NCBI GenBank assembly: GCA_052279835.1
Contig: CP181291.1
Coordinates: forward strand, 3,744,001 to 3,808,000
Direction of reading: 5' to 3'
Length of the DNA stretch: 64,000 nt
From: Microcoleus sp.
Lineage (GTDB): Bacteria > Cyanobacteriota > Cyanobacteriia > Cyanobacteriales > Microcoleaceae
Below, piece by piece: positions 40,788 through 51,930 of this stretch. The notes under the pieces were generated by a model. It saw only the letters and a program-made list of their open reading frames with translations, searched no databases and had not been told where the DNA came from. A program made the position numbers and the translations under genes. How positions within the stretch are numbered: position 1 is the first letter of the stretch; each line of letters begins with the position of its first letter.

Positions 40788-41246
40788 ATGCTGACTAAAC
40801 AAGATTGGGACTGGTTAGCAGTGTGTTCTCATTATCAAACTGCTGTCACAGTCCAGACACTTCTCAAAGAAGGAAAATCTATGGAAGCCACGGCAGGTTT
40901 AGAATCTTTAATTGAAGCAATGGTAAGAAGTGAAAAACGTGCATTAAAAAGCCAATTAATCCGTTTAATGCTTCACATTATTAAATGGAAATGTCAACCT
41001 CAAAAACAAACTTCTAGCTGGGCTATCAGTATTCTCACGGCGCGCCGGGAAATAGAAGATATTCAGGAAGAAGTCCCGAGTTTGAATCGTGATGCTGTGG
41101 AATCTATTTGGGATAAATGTTTTCAAGCAGCCGTAAAAGAGGCTGAAACCGAAATGAGGAAAGTTAAATGTCACTTAACATCCCTTTCTTGGTCTGAAGT
41201 TTTTGAGGATGAATATGCTTTACCTGATGGCGATGGCTCAGATTAA
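40788..41246 (+). CDS. DUF29 family protein
   Basis: RSEKRALKSQLIRLMLHIIKW..QP...SSW..SI...R...PSL. Confidence 0.85.
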   Translation: MLTKQDWDWLAVCSHYQTAVTVQTLLKEGKSMEATAGLESLIEAMVRSEKRALKSQLIRLMLHIIKWKCQPQKQTSSWAISILTARREIEDIQEEVPSLNRDAVESIWDKCFQAAVKEAETEMRKVKCHLTSLSWSEVFEDEYALPDGDGSD

Positions 41247-41311
41247 AAGTAAAAACATCTGATTTTATATCCCCGAATTATTCAAGGGTGGCCTATAGGT
41301 ATTCTGTATTT

Positions 41312-41614
41312 TTAATCATGGGAAATCGGCTGTTTTCTTTTCCTAAACAAACCGGACATACTTAAACCAGTCACTAGCAAACCAATCATTCCCAACCCGT
41401 TTAAAACGGGGTAAATTGCTTGCAAATTCAAGATTTCACCTGTATGGATTTTCAATAAAAATCTGGCTGAAATTCCTGTATCTATCGGCCACTCTTTAAC
41501 CATGCTTGCTAACATTCCCGTCACCACAGTCATCGTCAGTGGCAAAGCAATAATAATAGCTAGAATACGGTGATACTTGCGAAATGCTTTCTTCATAAGG
41601 ATTAAAGATATCAA
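41312..41614 (-). CDS. PepSY-associated TM-type small membrane protein
   Basis: FRKYHR...TG, LKIHTG, LNGLG...TGL. Confidence 0.75.
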   Translation of the reverse strand: MISLILMKKAFRKYHRILAIIIALPLTMTVVTGMLASMVKEWPIDTGISARFLLKIHTGEILNLQAIYPVLNGLGMIGLLVTGLSMSGLFRKRKQPISHD

Positions 41615-41703
41615 TAAATTGAATTGATGTCAGGTGTAGGGTGAAGTGCTTGTTTCTGGATACTGTAAACTTATAACTAGAAACAAGCAATCAGCCGGAA
41701 ATT

Positions 41704-42156
41704 TTAGGACTTGGGAATGCTACTAATAGTCTTGTCCAAAGACTGCAATTCTGCCAGCACCTTGTCTTTACTTGGCTGAGACTTTTTGAGTTCGCTAGTC
41801 AATTTTTCTGCCCCCTCTTCCACTGCATCGTAGCTTTTGGGAGCTTTAGCCTTGATGCCATCTTCAACCTTCTTCCAGGCATCCTCGAATTTGCCAAATT
41901 CTGTCTTGGCTTTCGCAAAGTTGGCAGTTTCAACTGCTGCTTTGGTATTGGAAACTACACGACTCAACTCTGGATAGTTTCCCTGGGATACTGCTAATTT
42001 GTCAGTTTTATCAGTAGTAGCAGCGTTTACAGCAGTAGCAGCAGGAACGGCTGACGGTGAGCTTTGGGGAGTGGAAGCTTCCTTAGCGCTGTCGCAACCA
42101 GCCAAAGTTAGAAGGCCGATCGCGCTCAGGACAAGGATTTGATTGAAACGAGCCAT
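41704..42156 (-). CDS. Lipoprotein with helical-bundle domain
   Basis: Lipobox LAGC; FEDAWKKVEDGIK. Confidence 0.75.
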   Translation of the reverse strand: MARFNQILVLSAIGLLTLAGCDSAKEASTPQSSPSAVPAATAVNAATTDKTDKLAVSQGNYPELSRVVSNTKAAVETANFAKAKTEFGKFEDAWKKVEDGIKAKAPKSYDAVEEGAEKLTSELKKSQPSKDKVLAELQSLDKTISSIPKS

Positions 42157-42365
42157 GAAAAATCCTCACATAGATGGATACTAGAATCTATTGTGTCACA
42201 AAGAAATGCGATCGGTGGGAATAAATCAAAATCATTGCGTCTCAAGCGTTTTCTTCAATCAGCCTGTATATCATTTGGGGATTGAAAAAGTTTCATCCGC
42301 CGAAGTTTATTTGCAGAAGACCGTGAAGGATAGACTAAAAACTGAAGGGAGTATTTAAGGCAGAT

Positions 42366-42716
42366 TTAGTCATCCAAATAATTGCCTAACCGCGATTTAT
42401 ATGGATTTAGAACCCGCTGTTGCAATTGACTAAAATAAACAATTTCGTACTCATCCCCCAATTCTTTTTGAAGTTTATTCCATAAACTAATCCCTTCTCT
42501 TTCAAAAACCCTCTTTTCCTTTTCACTCGCAAAACCAGCCGAAGCCGGATCATCCCAATCAATAGTTGCATCATAAATATCTTGCCAATTGAGTAAACGT
42601 TCAATTGTTGCCTCACTCAGCGGTAATTCCCAGGGTTCAATATCACCACCATCATCTCTATCCCACAAGGGATAACAATTATAATCTGGCATTAATTTAA
42701 TTCTTTGCAACATCAT
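42366..42716 (-). CDS. Putative immunity protein
   Basis: Acidic 116 aa with IKLMPDYNCYPLW; TAATG overlap with the upstream toxin-like ORF. Confidence 0.55.
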   Translation of the reverse strand: MMLQRIKLMPDYNCYPLWDRDDGGDIEPWELPLSEATIERLLNWQDIYDATIDWDDPASAGFASEKEKRVFEREGISLWNKLQKELGDEYEIVYFSQLQQRVLNPYKSRLGNYLDD

Positions 42717-43126
42717 TATCTCTCCTGAGTAAACCGACGGATTAAATTTTGCCTGGTAGGATTAGCGCCAACAATATAGCCATTGCTTGCTACTTCCACA
42801 GAAATATATTGTATCTCACCATTCAACTCAATTTCATAAACTGTTCGGCTTCTGCCTTGATTCCCTAAAATCCTACCGTTGATGACAGCCGCGATAACAG
42901 CATCAATAATTTGATCTTCAGGTATTCCCCTTGCTGCAAAGTTTTCTGCGTGTTGCTTCCGAATGTGTTGCCACCCAGAACCATCATTACCAATCTCCAA
43001 AAAAACAATTTTACCATCGGGCAATCTGGCAATCCGTAGAATGTCATCTGGGTTATGCTTAACTCCAGTGGCTCGCAGTTGGGCGATTAACTCTTCTCTA
43101 TCAACTTCACCTGTCAATGAAATCAC
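42716..43126 (-). CDS. Putative stand-alone polymorphic-toxin tip domain
   Basis: GWQHIRKQH..F..RGI...G.QG...VYE...NGYIVGANP resembles toxin C-termini (recognised by eye). Confidence 0.55.
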   Translation of the reverse strand: MISLTGEVDREELIAQLRATGVKHNPDDILRIARLPDGKIVFLEIGNDGSGWQHIRKQHAENFAARGIPEDQIIDAVIAAVINGRILGNQGRSRTVYEIELNGEIQYISVEVASNGYIVGANPTRQNLIRRFTQER

Positions 43127-43169
43127 CCCAAAACGTGCGATAATTTGATATTATCACCAACTTTCTAAT

Positions 43170-44591
43170 ATGACTGAACAGCCAACTGCAACCTACCGCA
43201 CCGAAAGCGACTCGATGGGAGACAAACAAATCCCATCAAATGTCTATTATGGCATCCAAACTATGCGCGCTATCGAAAATTTTCCGATTAGCGGGATTAA
43301 GCCTTTATCGACTTATGTTGATGCTTGTGTTTTAATTAAGAAAGCTACGGCGATCGCCAATGGTGAACTAGGCTGCATTCCGCAAGATATCAGTCAAGCC
43401 ATTGTCCAAGCAGCCGACGAAATCCTAGCCGGTAAATTGCGCGATCAATTTGTAGTTGATGTCTATCAAGCTGGGGCAGGAACTTCTCACCACATGAATG
43501 TTAATGAAGTTCTTTCTAATCGCGCTTTGGAAATTATGGGTGATGAAAAAGGCAACTACAAGCGTGTTAGTCCTAACGATCATGTAAACTATGGTCAATC
43601 GACCAATGATGTGATTCCGACGGCAATTCGGATTGGCGGATTGTTGGCGCTGGAAAAAACATTGTTGCCCGCTTTGTCCAAGGCCGTAGCCGCTCTAGAA
43701 AGCAAAGCCACAGAATTCCAAGATATTGTAAAATCAGGCCGCACTCATATGCAAGATGCAGTGCCTGTGCGACTCGGTGAAACCTTCCGCGCTTGGGCTC
43801 AAATTCTCAGAGAACATACCTTGAGAATTCAAACTGCATCGGGGGATTTGACATCCTTGGGATTGGGTGGCAGTGCGGTGGGTACTGGCTTAAATACTCA
43901 TCCTGAATATTGTCAAAAAGTTGCTGAAATTCTCTCGACATTAATTGATAAACCTCTGAAACCAGCCACACATTTAATGGCGGCTATGCAGAGTATGTCG
44001 CCGTTTGTAAATGTGTCTGGTTCGCTGCGAAATCTGGCTCAAGATTGCGTTAAAATGTCCCACGACTTGCGTTTGATGGACTCAGGACCGAAAACGGGTT
44101 TGAAAGAAATTCAACTGCCTCCGGTGCAGCCTGGTTCGTCAATTATGCCGGGAAAATACAATCCTGTGATGGCGGAAATGACTTCGATGGTTTGTTTTCA
44201 AGTCATGGGTTATGATAGTGCGATCGCCCTTTGTGCCCAAGCGGGACAATTGGAGTTGAACGTGATGATGCCCCTGATCGCCTACAATCTGATTCACAGC
44301 ATCGAAATTTTGGGCAATACGATTAGTGTGCTCAGCACCAAATGTCTGGCAAAAATTGAAGCTAAGGGCGATCGATGTCTGGCTTATGCTGAAGGTAGTC
44401 TCGCCCTGGTTACCGCCCTCAATACCCACATCGGTTATCTTAACGCGGCGGCTGTGGCCAAAGAATCCCTAGAAACTGGCAAATCTTTGCGGCAAATTGT
44501 GCTAGAACGCGGTTTAATGAGTGCAGAAGACTTGGCAAAAGTTCTAGACTTAGAGAAAATGAGTGCGATGCCCACATCTTCTGCTAAGTAA
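43170..44591 (+). CDS. aspA: Aspartate ammonia-lyase (fumarase/aspartase superfamily)
   Basis: QAGAGTSHHMNVNE, QSTND, GRTHMQDA, GSSIMPGKYNP. Confidence 0.85.
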   Translation: MTEQPTATYRTESDSMGDKQIPSNVYYGIQTMRAIENFPISGIKPLSTYVDACVLIKKATAIANGELGCIPQDISQAIVQAADEILAGKLRDQFVVDVYQAGAGTSHHMNVNEVLSNRALEIMGDEKGNYKRVSPNDHVNYGQSTNDVIPTAIRIGGLLALEKTLLPALSKAVAALESKATEFQDIVKSGRTHMQDAVPVRLGETFRAWAQILREHTLRIQTASGDLTSLGLGGSAVGTGLNTHPEYCQKVAEILSTLIDKPLKPATHLMAAMQSMSPFVNVSGSLRNLAQDCVKMSHDLRLMDSGPKTGLKEIQLPPVQPGSSIMPGKYNPVMAEMTSMVCFQVMGYDSAIALCAQAGQLELNVMMPLIAYNLIHSIEILGNTISVLSTKCLAKIEAKGDRCLAYAEGSLALVTALNTHIGYLNAAAVAKESLETGKSLRQIVLERGLMSAEDLAKVLDLEKMSAMPTSSAK

Positions 44592-44709
44592 GCTCAACTT
44601 AAAACACAGAATCCTCAGATCCCCAACTTTTTTAATAAGTCGGGGATCTAACAGCAGATATCCCACCTTACGTTATTCTTTGATAGTGTCAAGTTTCGGA
44701 GCAACATTT

Positions 44710-45036
44710 ATGCGCGCAGGTTCTTTTAGTAAGTTAGTCCCTGATAGAGAGAATACAACGCAAGTTACCTTTTATTATGTGGAAGGTCAGGCAGAAACGT
44801 TTACAATTTCTATGCCTGCACGAGATTTTCAAGAGGAAGTAATGAATTTATTAAGCCAACCTTGGTTGACTTTTCATTTAAACGATCAAACCATTTTTAT
44901 CTGTACATCCAGAGTGGTTAAAATGGAAATAAAACCGGCGATTCCAGAACTTCAAGGTCAAGGAATATTCCCTAACTCCCAGCGAGTTACTACAATGCAG
45001 CGTGGGGCTGCGGGCCGATTGGCGATGGATACATAA
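44710..45036 (+). CDS. Hypothetical protein
   Basis: ORF with a globular-looking C-terminal part; start uncertain. Confidence 0.55.
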   Translation: MRAGSFSKLVPDRENTTQVTFYYVEGQAETFTISMPARDFQEEVMNLLSQPWLTFHLNDQTIFICTSRVVKMEIKPAIPELQGQGIFPNSQRVTTMQRGAAGRLAMDT

Positions 45037-45285
45037 TTGAGTAGTTGGTTATTGGTTATTTGTTACTTGTTATTGGTTACTTGCTGCGCCCTGAACGTAG
45101 TCGAAGGGTTATTGGTTAGTTGTTATTTTTGATTGGTGATTGGTTGTTTCTGGTTACTTGATTATTGGCAGACACAAACAACAGGAATCAACTCAAAATA
45201 ATAACAAATAACCCACAACAAATAACAAATAACCAATAACCAATAACAAATAACCATGAACAAACAACAAATAACCCATAAAATC

Positions 45286-46246
45286 ATGCCTAAAGTTAGT
45301 TTAATTAGAGCTAATTCCTACGATCGCCAAATCTTGCAAAAATCCTTAGAAAGCTTGATAGCACCCTTGGGGGGAATGTCAGCTTTTGTCAAAAAGGGCG
45401 ATCGTGTTCTACTCAAACCCAACCTACTCACAGGTTCTCGCCCCACCAAAGAATGCGTCACCCGTCCAGAATTGGTCTATTGTGTGGCAAAAATGGTAAT
45501 AGAAGCGGGTGGAAAACCGTTTTTAGGTGACAGCCCAGCCTTTGGGAGTGCTATGGGTGTTGCCAAAGCCAACGGCTATTTGCCACTGCTAGAAGAACTG
45601 AATTTGCCAGTAGTAGAATTTCAGGGAAAACGTTACGAAACTGTCAACGATGACTTCAATCATCTCCGGCTGTGCAAGGAAGCCATGGAAGCAGATGTGG
45701 TAATTAATTTGCCCAAATTGAAATCTCACGTCCAATTAACCGTCACCATGGGTGTGAAAAACTTGTTCGGCTGTGTTTCCCGGCAAAATGAAGGCTTGGT
45801 GGCACATGGAAGCGGGCAAAGATAGTGCTAGATTTGGTGAAATGCTGGTCGAAACTGCACGCACGATCAACCCAAATTTGACTATACTCGATGGGATTAT
45901 TGGTCACGAAGGTAACGGGCCAAGTGGCGGGGAACCTAAGTTTTTGGGAATTTTGGGCGCATCAAGTGATGTGTTTGCTTTGGATAGAACCATAGTTGAA
46001 ATTATTAATGCTAATCCCGCTAGTGTTCCGACTGTGGTGGCGGCGATGAAGTTGGGCCTTTGCTCGAATTTAGAGGCTATTGATTTTCCGCTGTTGCAGC
46101 CGGAAAGTCTTAAGGTGTCGGATTGGAAGTTCCCGGAAAATATGATGCCGATCGACTTTGGTATGCCTCGTGTGGTCAAGTCGGCGTTCAAACACCTTTA
46201 TATCAGGTTTATCAAAGAAAGGTTCAGCATCCGGGCTTCCGATTAG
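45286..46246 (+). CDS. DUF362 family protein, split by a +1 frameshift
   Basis: VLLKPNLL, GDSPA, INLPKLKSH, KNLFGCVPG, EGNGP. Extra T in 45776-45778. Confidence 0.85.
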
Positions 46247-46969
46247 CTCGCGGAAAGGGAAGGGGTAAAAGTTCCTGTTGTTAGGCCTTGTGCTTCGTCC
46301 TGTTAATTGTGAAGAAATATAACGGATATGTTACAATCTCAAATAGATTTTATGTTAAGCTTTAATAAGCTTGTCCTAAATCCTATGGTTGAAAGTATTT
46401 GTATCATTGTATTCAGAATTCGTGAATCACTCGTGCTGTTTTGCTAGCTCGCAGCAATCGGAAAATGATATTTAGGTATAAATACTTCGAGTGGCTCTCA
46501 ATTTGAACTGTAGTTAGTGGGAAGTTGCACTAATCTTTATAATTGAGCGATAAATTATAAAGACTCAGTAAAGATAGAAAAAGTATATTGACACTTCTAC
46601 TTATCTTGCATGATAATCCCCACATATCAACTAAATCCGGCTTGCATAACCCGTTTATTTATTAGTCAATAGAATCAGAGCGAAAGCTGGTATGTTAGCG
46701 GTTTCAACCGCCTAGCCTTCGAGGGGTAATAGACCCGTATTTGATCGGAAAGATGGCTGTTATTAAATGTACAAAGTTTAATCCAGTTGCTTTATCCATC
46801 TGTCAGTATTACAAATCTCTGAAACAGCTTCTGAAACCATTGTCGTATCAGGCATGGAAACCTAAATTCGGTTGATGTCTTTTATGCCTCTCGATGTTTT
46901 TTTTCAATTCCACCAAGGATTCATTACTAGATCGACAATAAAAAATTACAACTAAGGAATATCTAGCAT

Positions 46970-48217
46970 ATGCCTACTAACAACAACCTGACAATCTTAC
47001 AACCTCTACAAGCAAAACTATTGCCAGATGGTCAAGTTTTACTCACCCGTAAACTAATAGAAGCGATAGTTGAATTAAATAATTATTGGGATGGTTCCAT
47101 TACTGTGATGATGGAAGAATCACAATTCGAGAACGGCAATATCGATCAAAAAGTATTCAATATTAATGAACTACCTTTTAATTTAGAGGTGATTTCTTTC
47201 GATCTGATTACGCCAGCTTTACTGAAAAAACACCACAGCTCTGTAGTATTAGCAGTGCCCGGATACCGACAGAACCATATTGCTCAAGTCTGTAAGTTAG
47301 CGGGAGTGCCGTGTATTTATGTTTCTGAATACACTTTGAAAACTCGCCACCAAATTGCGACTGTGACTACAAGCAATCCGATTATGCGCCTGCGGAAACT
47401 GCTGTGGGAATACAATCAGGAAAAAAAGCAGTGCAAGGCGATCGTCATGGCAGATGGATTGCAATGCAACGGCACTCCTACCTACGAAGCCTACAAGCAT
47501 ATCAATCGCAATCCACTGTTTTTCTTTGACACGCGGATTAGCGAGGATATGTTAGCCACAGAGGCAGAAATTGAAAAACGCACTGCAAACAGCTTGCAAG
47601 ATAGGCCTCTACGTTTGTTGTTTTCAGGTCGCCTGGTTAAAATGAAAGGAGCCGATCATTTACTTTTGGTTGCTCAAGAACTCAAGCAAATGAAAGTTAA
47701 CTTTGAACTGTTCATCAGCGGTTCAGGTGATTTAGAAAAGACGATGCACAAGACCATCGCAGCTAATCAACTTCAGAACGTGGTGAAAATGCTTGGCGTA
47801 CCAGACTTTAAAACTGAGTTTTTCCCCTTTGTAAAGAAGAATATTGATTTGTTTGTTTGCTGTCACCGCCAGGGCGATCCTTCCTGTACTTACATAGAAA
47901 CTATGTCTTGTGGAGTGCCGATTGTGGGCTATGCTAACGAAGCATTCGAGGGGATTTCTGCAATGTCGGAAACCGGATGGGTTGTACCAATGAATCAACC
48001 TAAAGTGATGGCCCAGAAAATTGCACAACTCAGCCAGCAGCGGGAAGCAATTAAGTCTATGTCGTTCAAGTCTCTTCATTTTGCTCAAAAGCATACTTTT
48101 GAGAAGACTTTTAAAGCTCGCGTAGAACATATGCAGCAGGTGATTGCCCACTCAAGGCAGGCTCAAGAAGCTACGGAAAATCGATTGTCTGAAGAGACAA
48201 ATCCGATTTTTGCGTAA
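46970..48217 (+). CDS. GT4 family glycosyltransferase
   Basis: FSGRLVKMKG, ETMSCGVPIV. Confidence 0.85.
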   Translation: MPTNNNLTILQPLQAKLLPDGQVLLTRKLIEAIVELNNYWDGSITVMMEESQFENGNIDQKVFNINELPFNLEVISFDLITPALLKKHHSSVVLAVPGYRQNHIAQVCKLAGVPCIYVSEYTLKTRHQIATVTTSNPIMRLRKLLWEYNQEKKQCKAIVMADGLQCNGTPTYEAYKHINRNPLFFFDTRISEDMLATEAEIEKRTANSLQDRPLRLLFSGRLVKMKGADHLLLVAQELKQMKVNFELFISGSGDLEKTMHKTIAANQLQNVVKMLGVPDFKTEFFPFVKKNIDLFVCCHRQGDPSCTYIETMSCGVPIVGYANEAFEGISAMSETGWVVPMNQPKVMAQKIAQLSQQREAIKSMSFKSLHFAQKHTFEKTFKARVEHMQQVIAHSRQAQEATENRLSEETNPIFA

Positions 48218-48678
48218 TATTCAATTCTGCGATTCACCCTGATTACCCGCTTTATTCTGTGGCGATTGAAACCGCTATTACTACCATTAAGTCGGCTTTA
48301 GCCGACTTAAGATCTAAAGGGGGTATTTGAGGTGACTGCTGTTTGCACTTCCATGGGATTTGATTTTGGTTACATCAAATCCTCTCTTCATCATCCTGTA
48401 TTAATCTCTCTCTTCTCTTCCTTCGCGTCCTTAGCGCCTTCGTGGTTAAATCATTTCGATACCACCGGAATTGATATTACATCACCATTGCGCCCGATCG
48501 CTAATAATGCGATCGCCAAACTCAGCTAAAAACTCCCTGCTGTAGCAGGGCTGTCTATGGATTATCTTTAATAAGCACCCTGATAAATTTACAGTCAAAA
48601 GTCAAACCAATTAGTTATTATCTCGACTTTTTACTTTTTACTTCTGAAAACCCACAATTCCCAACCACCTTGGAATAT

Positions 48679-49484
48679 TTAACCGTACAATACTTCTTTC
48701 ATAGGTGGCGTAGCATCTTTAGGATCGAACTGTTTTAATTTCAAGGCTTGTAGTAAAAACAGCCAGATATAAAGTGGATTCAACAAAACATACCGCTGCC
48801 AAAGACGCCCTGGTTCCATGACAAGTCGAAACAGCCATTCTAAACCCAACTTACCTAAAAACTCAGGAGATTTAGCCAAATTTCCTGAATGAAAATCGTA
48901 AGCAGCACCTACAGCAATCAGAGGCATTGATAATTCATCGCGATATTCGTAGGCCCAAACTTCTTGTCTGGGACACCCCAAACCTACAAAAGTAATTGCT
49001 GCACCGCTAGCACGAATTTCCTGAGCGATGCGATGTTTTTCTTCTGTAGTAGTCTGTCGGAATTTAGAAGGCTGCATTCCCGCAATAATTAACTTGGGAA
49101 AACGCTGGCAAAGATTTTGAGATAAAGCCTCAAGTACACAAGGTTTAGAGCCGTATAGATAGATAGACAACCCTTCGGCGGCGGCACTTTCGCAGATTTC
49201 TAACATCGCATTCGGCCCGCAAACGCGATCGGGCAATTCTGTATTATAGAGCAAATTAATGCCCATCTGACCGGTTGTCCATCCGGTAATACTAAGTCGA
49301 TGTGATTGAGGCGATAGCGATGAGTGCTGTCAAGGACTCCTGTCATTACGCCGTGCACTGCTAAAGCCGAAACCGACATTGGTTTGCCGGCGTGGGCTGC
49401 GCCAATAATTTTGCTAACTGCCGCTTCATAATTAACCGCATTTACTAAGATTCCCAGAACATTCTTTTTACCCTTATCAATCAT
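48679..49484 (-). CDS. WecB/TagA/CpsF family glycosyltransferase, split by a -1 frameshift
   Basis: [39 protein letters not shown]. One base missing near 49256. Confidence 0.88.
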
Positions 49485-50559
49485 TTGGCACCTCTTTAAG
49501 CCAACGCTCGTGGTTACATTCATAAATTTCCTGAAGAATTTGTTTGACGTTATATTTCATTTTCCAATCTGGGTAGTGACTCTCGAATTTTCCATTGTCA
49601 CTAATCCACCATATATGATCGCCGATGCGATTACTTTCAGCATAGGTCCAGTTGAATTTGCGATCGGCAATTGTCTCGCACATTTGGATAGCTTCTAGCA
49701 TGGAACAATTGCTGTACCTGCCACCTCCTGTGTTGTAAACCTGTGCGCTTCTGGGAGCTTTGAAAAATTCATAAAATGCTGAAATTAAATCGGCGCTATG
49801 AATGTTGTCGCGGACTTGCTTACCTTTGTATCCGAAAACGGTGTAGGGAGTTCCTGTCACTGCGCATTTCATTAAGTAGGCGAGGAAACCGTGTAATTGA
49901 GCGCCTGAATGATTCGGCCCAGTCAGACATCCTCCCCGAAAACAAGCCGTGTTCATATTAAAATAGCGGCCGTATTCTTGAACTAAAATATCGGCAGCTA
50001 CTTTGGATGCACCAAACAAACTGTGCAAACATTGGTCGATGGACATATCTTCCCGAATGCCCCCTTCGTAAGTATGACCCGGTGCAATTTCCCACCTGTG
50101 TTCTAATTCCACTAAAGGCAATTTATTTGGTGTATCCCCGTATACTTTGTTGGTAGAAGTGAAAATGAAAACTGCTTTGGGAGAGTACAAGCGAGTTGCT
50201 TCTAAAAGATTGAGTGTGCCGTTGGCATTTACGGTAAAATCTATTTTAGGAGCACGGGCGGCCCAATCGTGGCTCGGCTGGGCTGCGGTGTGAATTACTA
50301 ATTCGATCGACTCGCCGTACCGCTGAAAGATATTGGTAATTGCTTCATAGTCGCGAATGTCAATATCTAAGTGGTAATACTTAGTCCCCAAGGATTGTTC
50401 TAGTTGTTGGCGGTTCCAATTTGTAGAACCATCTGCACCAAAAAAGAACTGGCGCATATTATTGTCAATGCCGACTATATCCAAGCCTTGTTTAGCAAAG
50501 AATTTACAGGCTTCAGAACCAATTAAACCCGCAGAACCCGTAATAATTGCAACGCTCAA
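49477..50559 (-). CDS. NAD-dependent epimerase (CDP-paratose 2-epimerase-like)
   Basis: [30 protein letters not shown]. Confidence 0.88.
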   Translation of the reverse strand: MSVAIITGSAGLIGSEACKFFAKQGLDIVGIDNNMRQFFFGADGSTNWNRQQLEQSLGTKYYHLDIDIRDYEAITNIFQRYGESIELVIHTAAQPSHDWAARAPKIDFTVNANGTLNLLEATRLYSPKAVFIFTSTNKVYGDTPNKLPLVELEHRWEIAPGHTYEGGIREDMSIDQCLHSLFGASKVAADILVQEYGRYFNMNTACFRGGCLTGPNHSGAQLHGFLAYLMKCAVTGTPYTVFGYKGKQVRDNIHSADLISAFYEFFKAPRSAQVYNTGGGRYSNCSMLEAIQMCETIADRKFNWTYAESNRIGDHIWWISDNGKFESHYPDWKMKYNVKQILQEIYECNHERWLKEVPND

Positions 50560-50615
50560 ATTTTATCCTCCTCACAAATATTGTTTGATATTTTGGCGAT
50601 CGAATACATCAGAAC

Positions 50616-51845
50616 TTATCCAGATTTTCGATCGAGTAGATCTTGGCACAATTGGGCAAAAAATTTACCTTTAACATCCCAATCATATACTTCTTTGACG
50701 CGCTTTCTACCTGCTTGACCCAAACGCGATCGCCCTAAAGGATCTTTGCCTAAACACACTATAGCTTCTGCTAAACCTTCCACAGCGCGATCGGGGTCTG
50801 TAGCCGGAACTTTAATCCCCGTTTCAGCAGTGACCTGAGTAGCAGGACCACCCAAATCCAAACAAATCACCGGACGACCTATCCCCATCATTTCCGTGCA
50901 GACAAAACCCCCAGAATCGTGCAAACTAGGGTGGAGGAGAACGTGAGATTCCCCCATTTTAGAAAGAGTTTCACCACGAGGTAGAGAACCCCAAAAATGG
51001 ACTTGGTTTTTGATTCCCAATTCTGTTGCCAAGGTTTCCAAACGCTGCCTTTCTGGACCATCTCCCACAATCCAGTATTCCGATTGTTCCAGCTTCGCCT
51101 CCGCAAATGCACGGAGTCCCAAGTGCACTCCTTTCCAGTGTAAGAGACGACCGACACTGATGAATCTAATGGGTTGTTCCGGTGGAGTTGGCAATTTTGC
51201 TAGTGCTTGAATTTCTGACTGCGACAAACCGACTTGCGAGAAAATTTTTACATTTTTTGCTTTGAGAAATCGCAGTCTTGCCGCCGTTTCTTCGGTAGTT
51301 GCTAACGCGACAACACTGCGACGCGCCGTCAACCCTACAAACGGATCGCGTTCTCCCAATCCTTGAGCCAATTCCCGGAGAGTTTCGTAAATTTTGCCCC
51401 GGCGGCTAAAATCTTGCCAAAAAGGCTTTGGTGCTGCTTCTGCACCCCCCACAGGTCCCCAAATGAAAGGGTGTGGTAATAATGCTAGGAAGCTGGGAGA
51501 CCAATGTTTCACATAAGTTACGTGCTGTATTATGTCAAAACCGATCGCGCGATCGAGTTTCCGAGCGATAAAATAAGCCCAGATTTGCCACAAATAGTAA
51601 TGAAGTTGCAGCAATCCTTGTTTCCCCTTCCAATCTTCGCTCCACCCAAAGGGGTCGAAATAAATAAAATGTAAATTGGGGACTGGATTGCGTTCTAATT
51701 CTGCTTCTATGTACGATCGACAAAAAGTGCGAGTAAATACCCAAGTTTCGTGATATTTAGCAGCTTGAATCACTGTATTCCATCCGACTCCCTCTTCAGA
51801 GCCGAGATTTGGTTCGCAAGCAAAAGCAGATAATAAAAGTTTCAT
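50616..51845 (-). CDS. GT4 family glycosyltransferase
   Basis: SAFACEPNLGSE, GRLLHWKG, HPSLHDSGG. Confidence 0.88.
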   Translation of the reverse strand: MKLLLSAFACEPNLGSEEGVGWNTVIQAAKYHETWVFTRTFCRSYIEAELERNPVPNLHFIYFDPFGWSEDWKGKQGLLQLHYYLWQIWAYFIARKLDRAIGFDIIQHVTYVKHWSPSFLALLPHPFIWGPVGGAEAAPKPFWQDFSRRGKIYETLRELAQGLGERDPFVGLTARRSVVALATTEETAARLRFLKAKNVKIFSQVGLSQSEIQALAKLPTPPEQPIRFISVGRLLHWKGVHLGLRAFAEAKLEQSEYWIVGDGPERQRLETLATELGIKNQVHFWGSLPRGETLSKMGESHVLLHPSLHDSGGFVCTEMMGIGRPVICLDLGGPATQVTAETGIKVPATDPDRAVEGLAEAIVCLGKDPLGRSRLGQAGRKRVKEVYDWDVKGKFFAQLCQDLLDRKSG

Positions 51846-51930
51846 CAGTTATTGGTTGTTGGTTATTGGTTATTAGTTATTAGTTATTAGTTATTGGTTC
51901 TTCCCATAACAACTAACAAGTCACAACTAA

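Noticed and set aside
46247..46969. ncRNA in the long intergenic region
   Set aside because: AT-rich with only short repeat remnants; no structure I can support.
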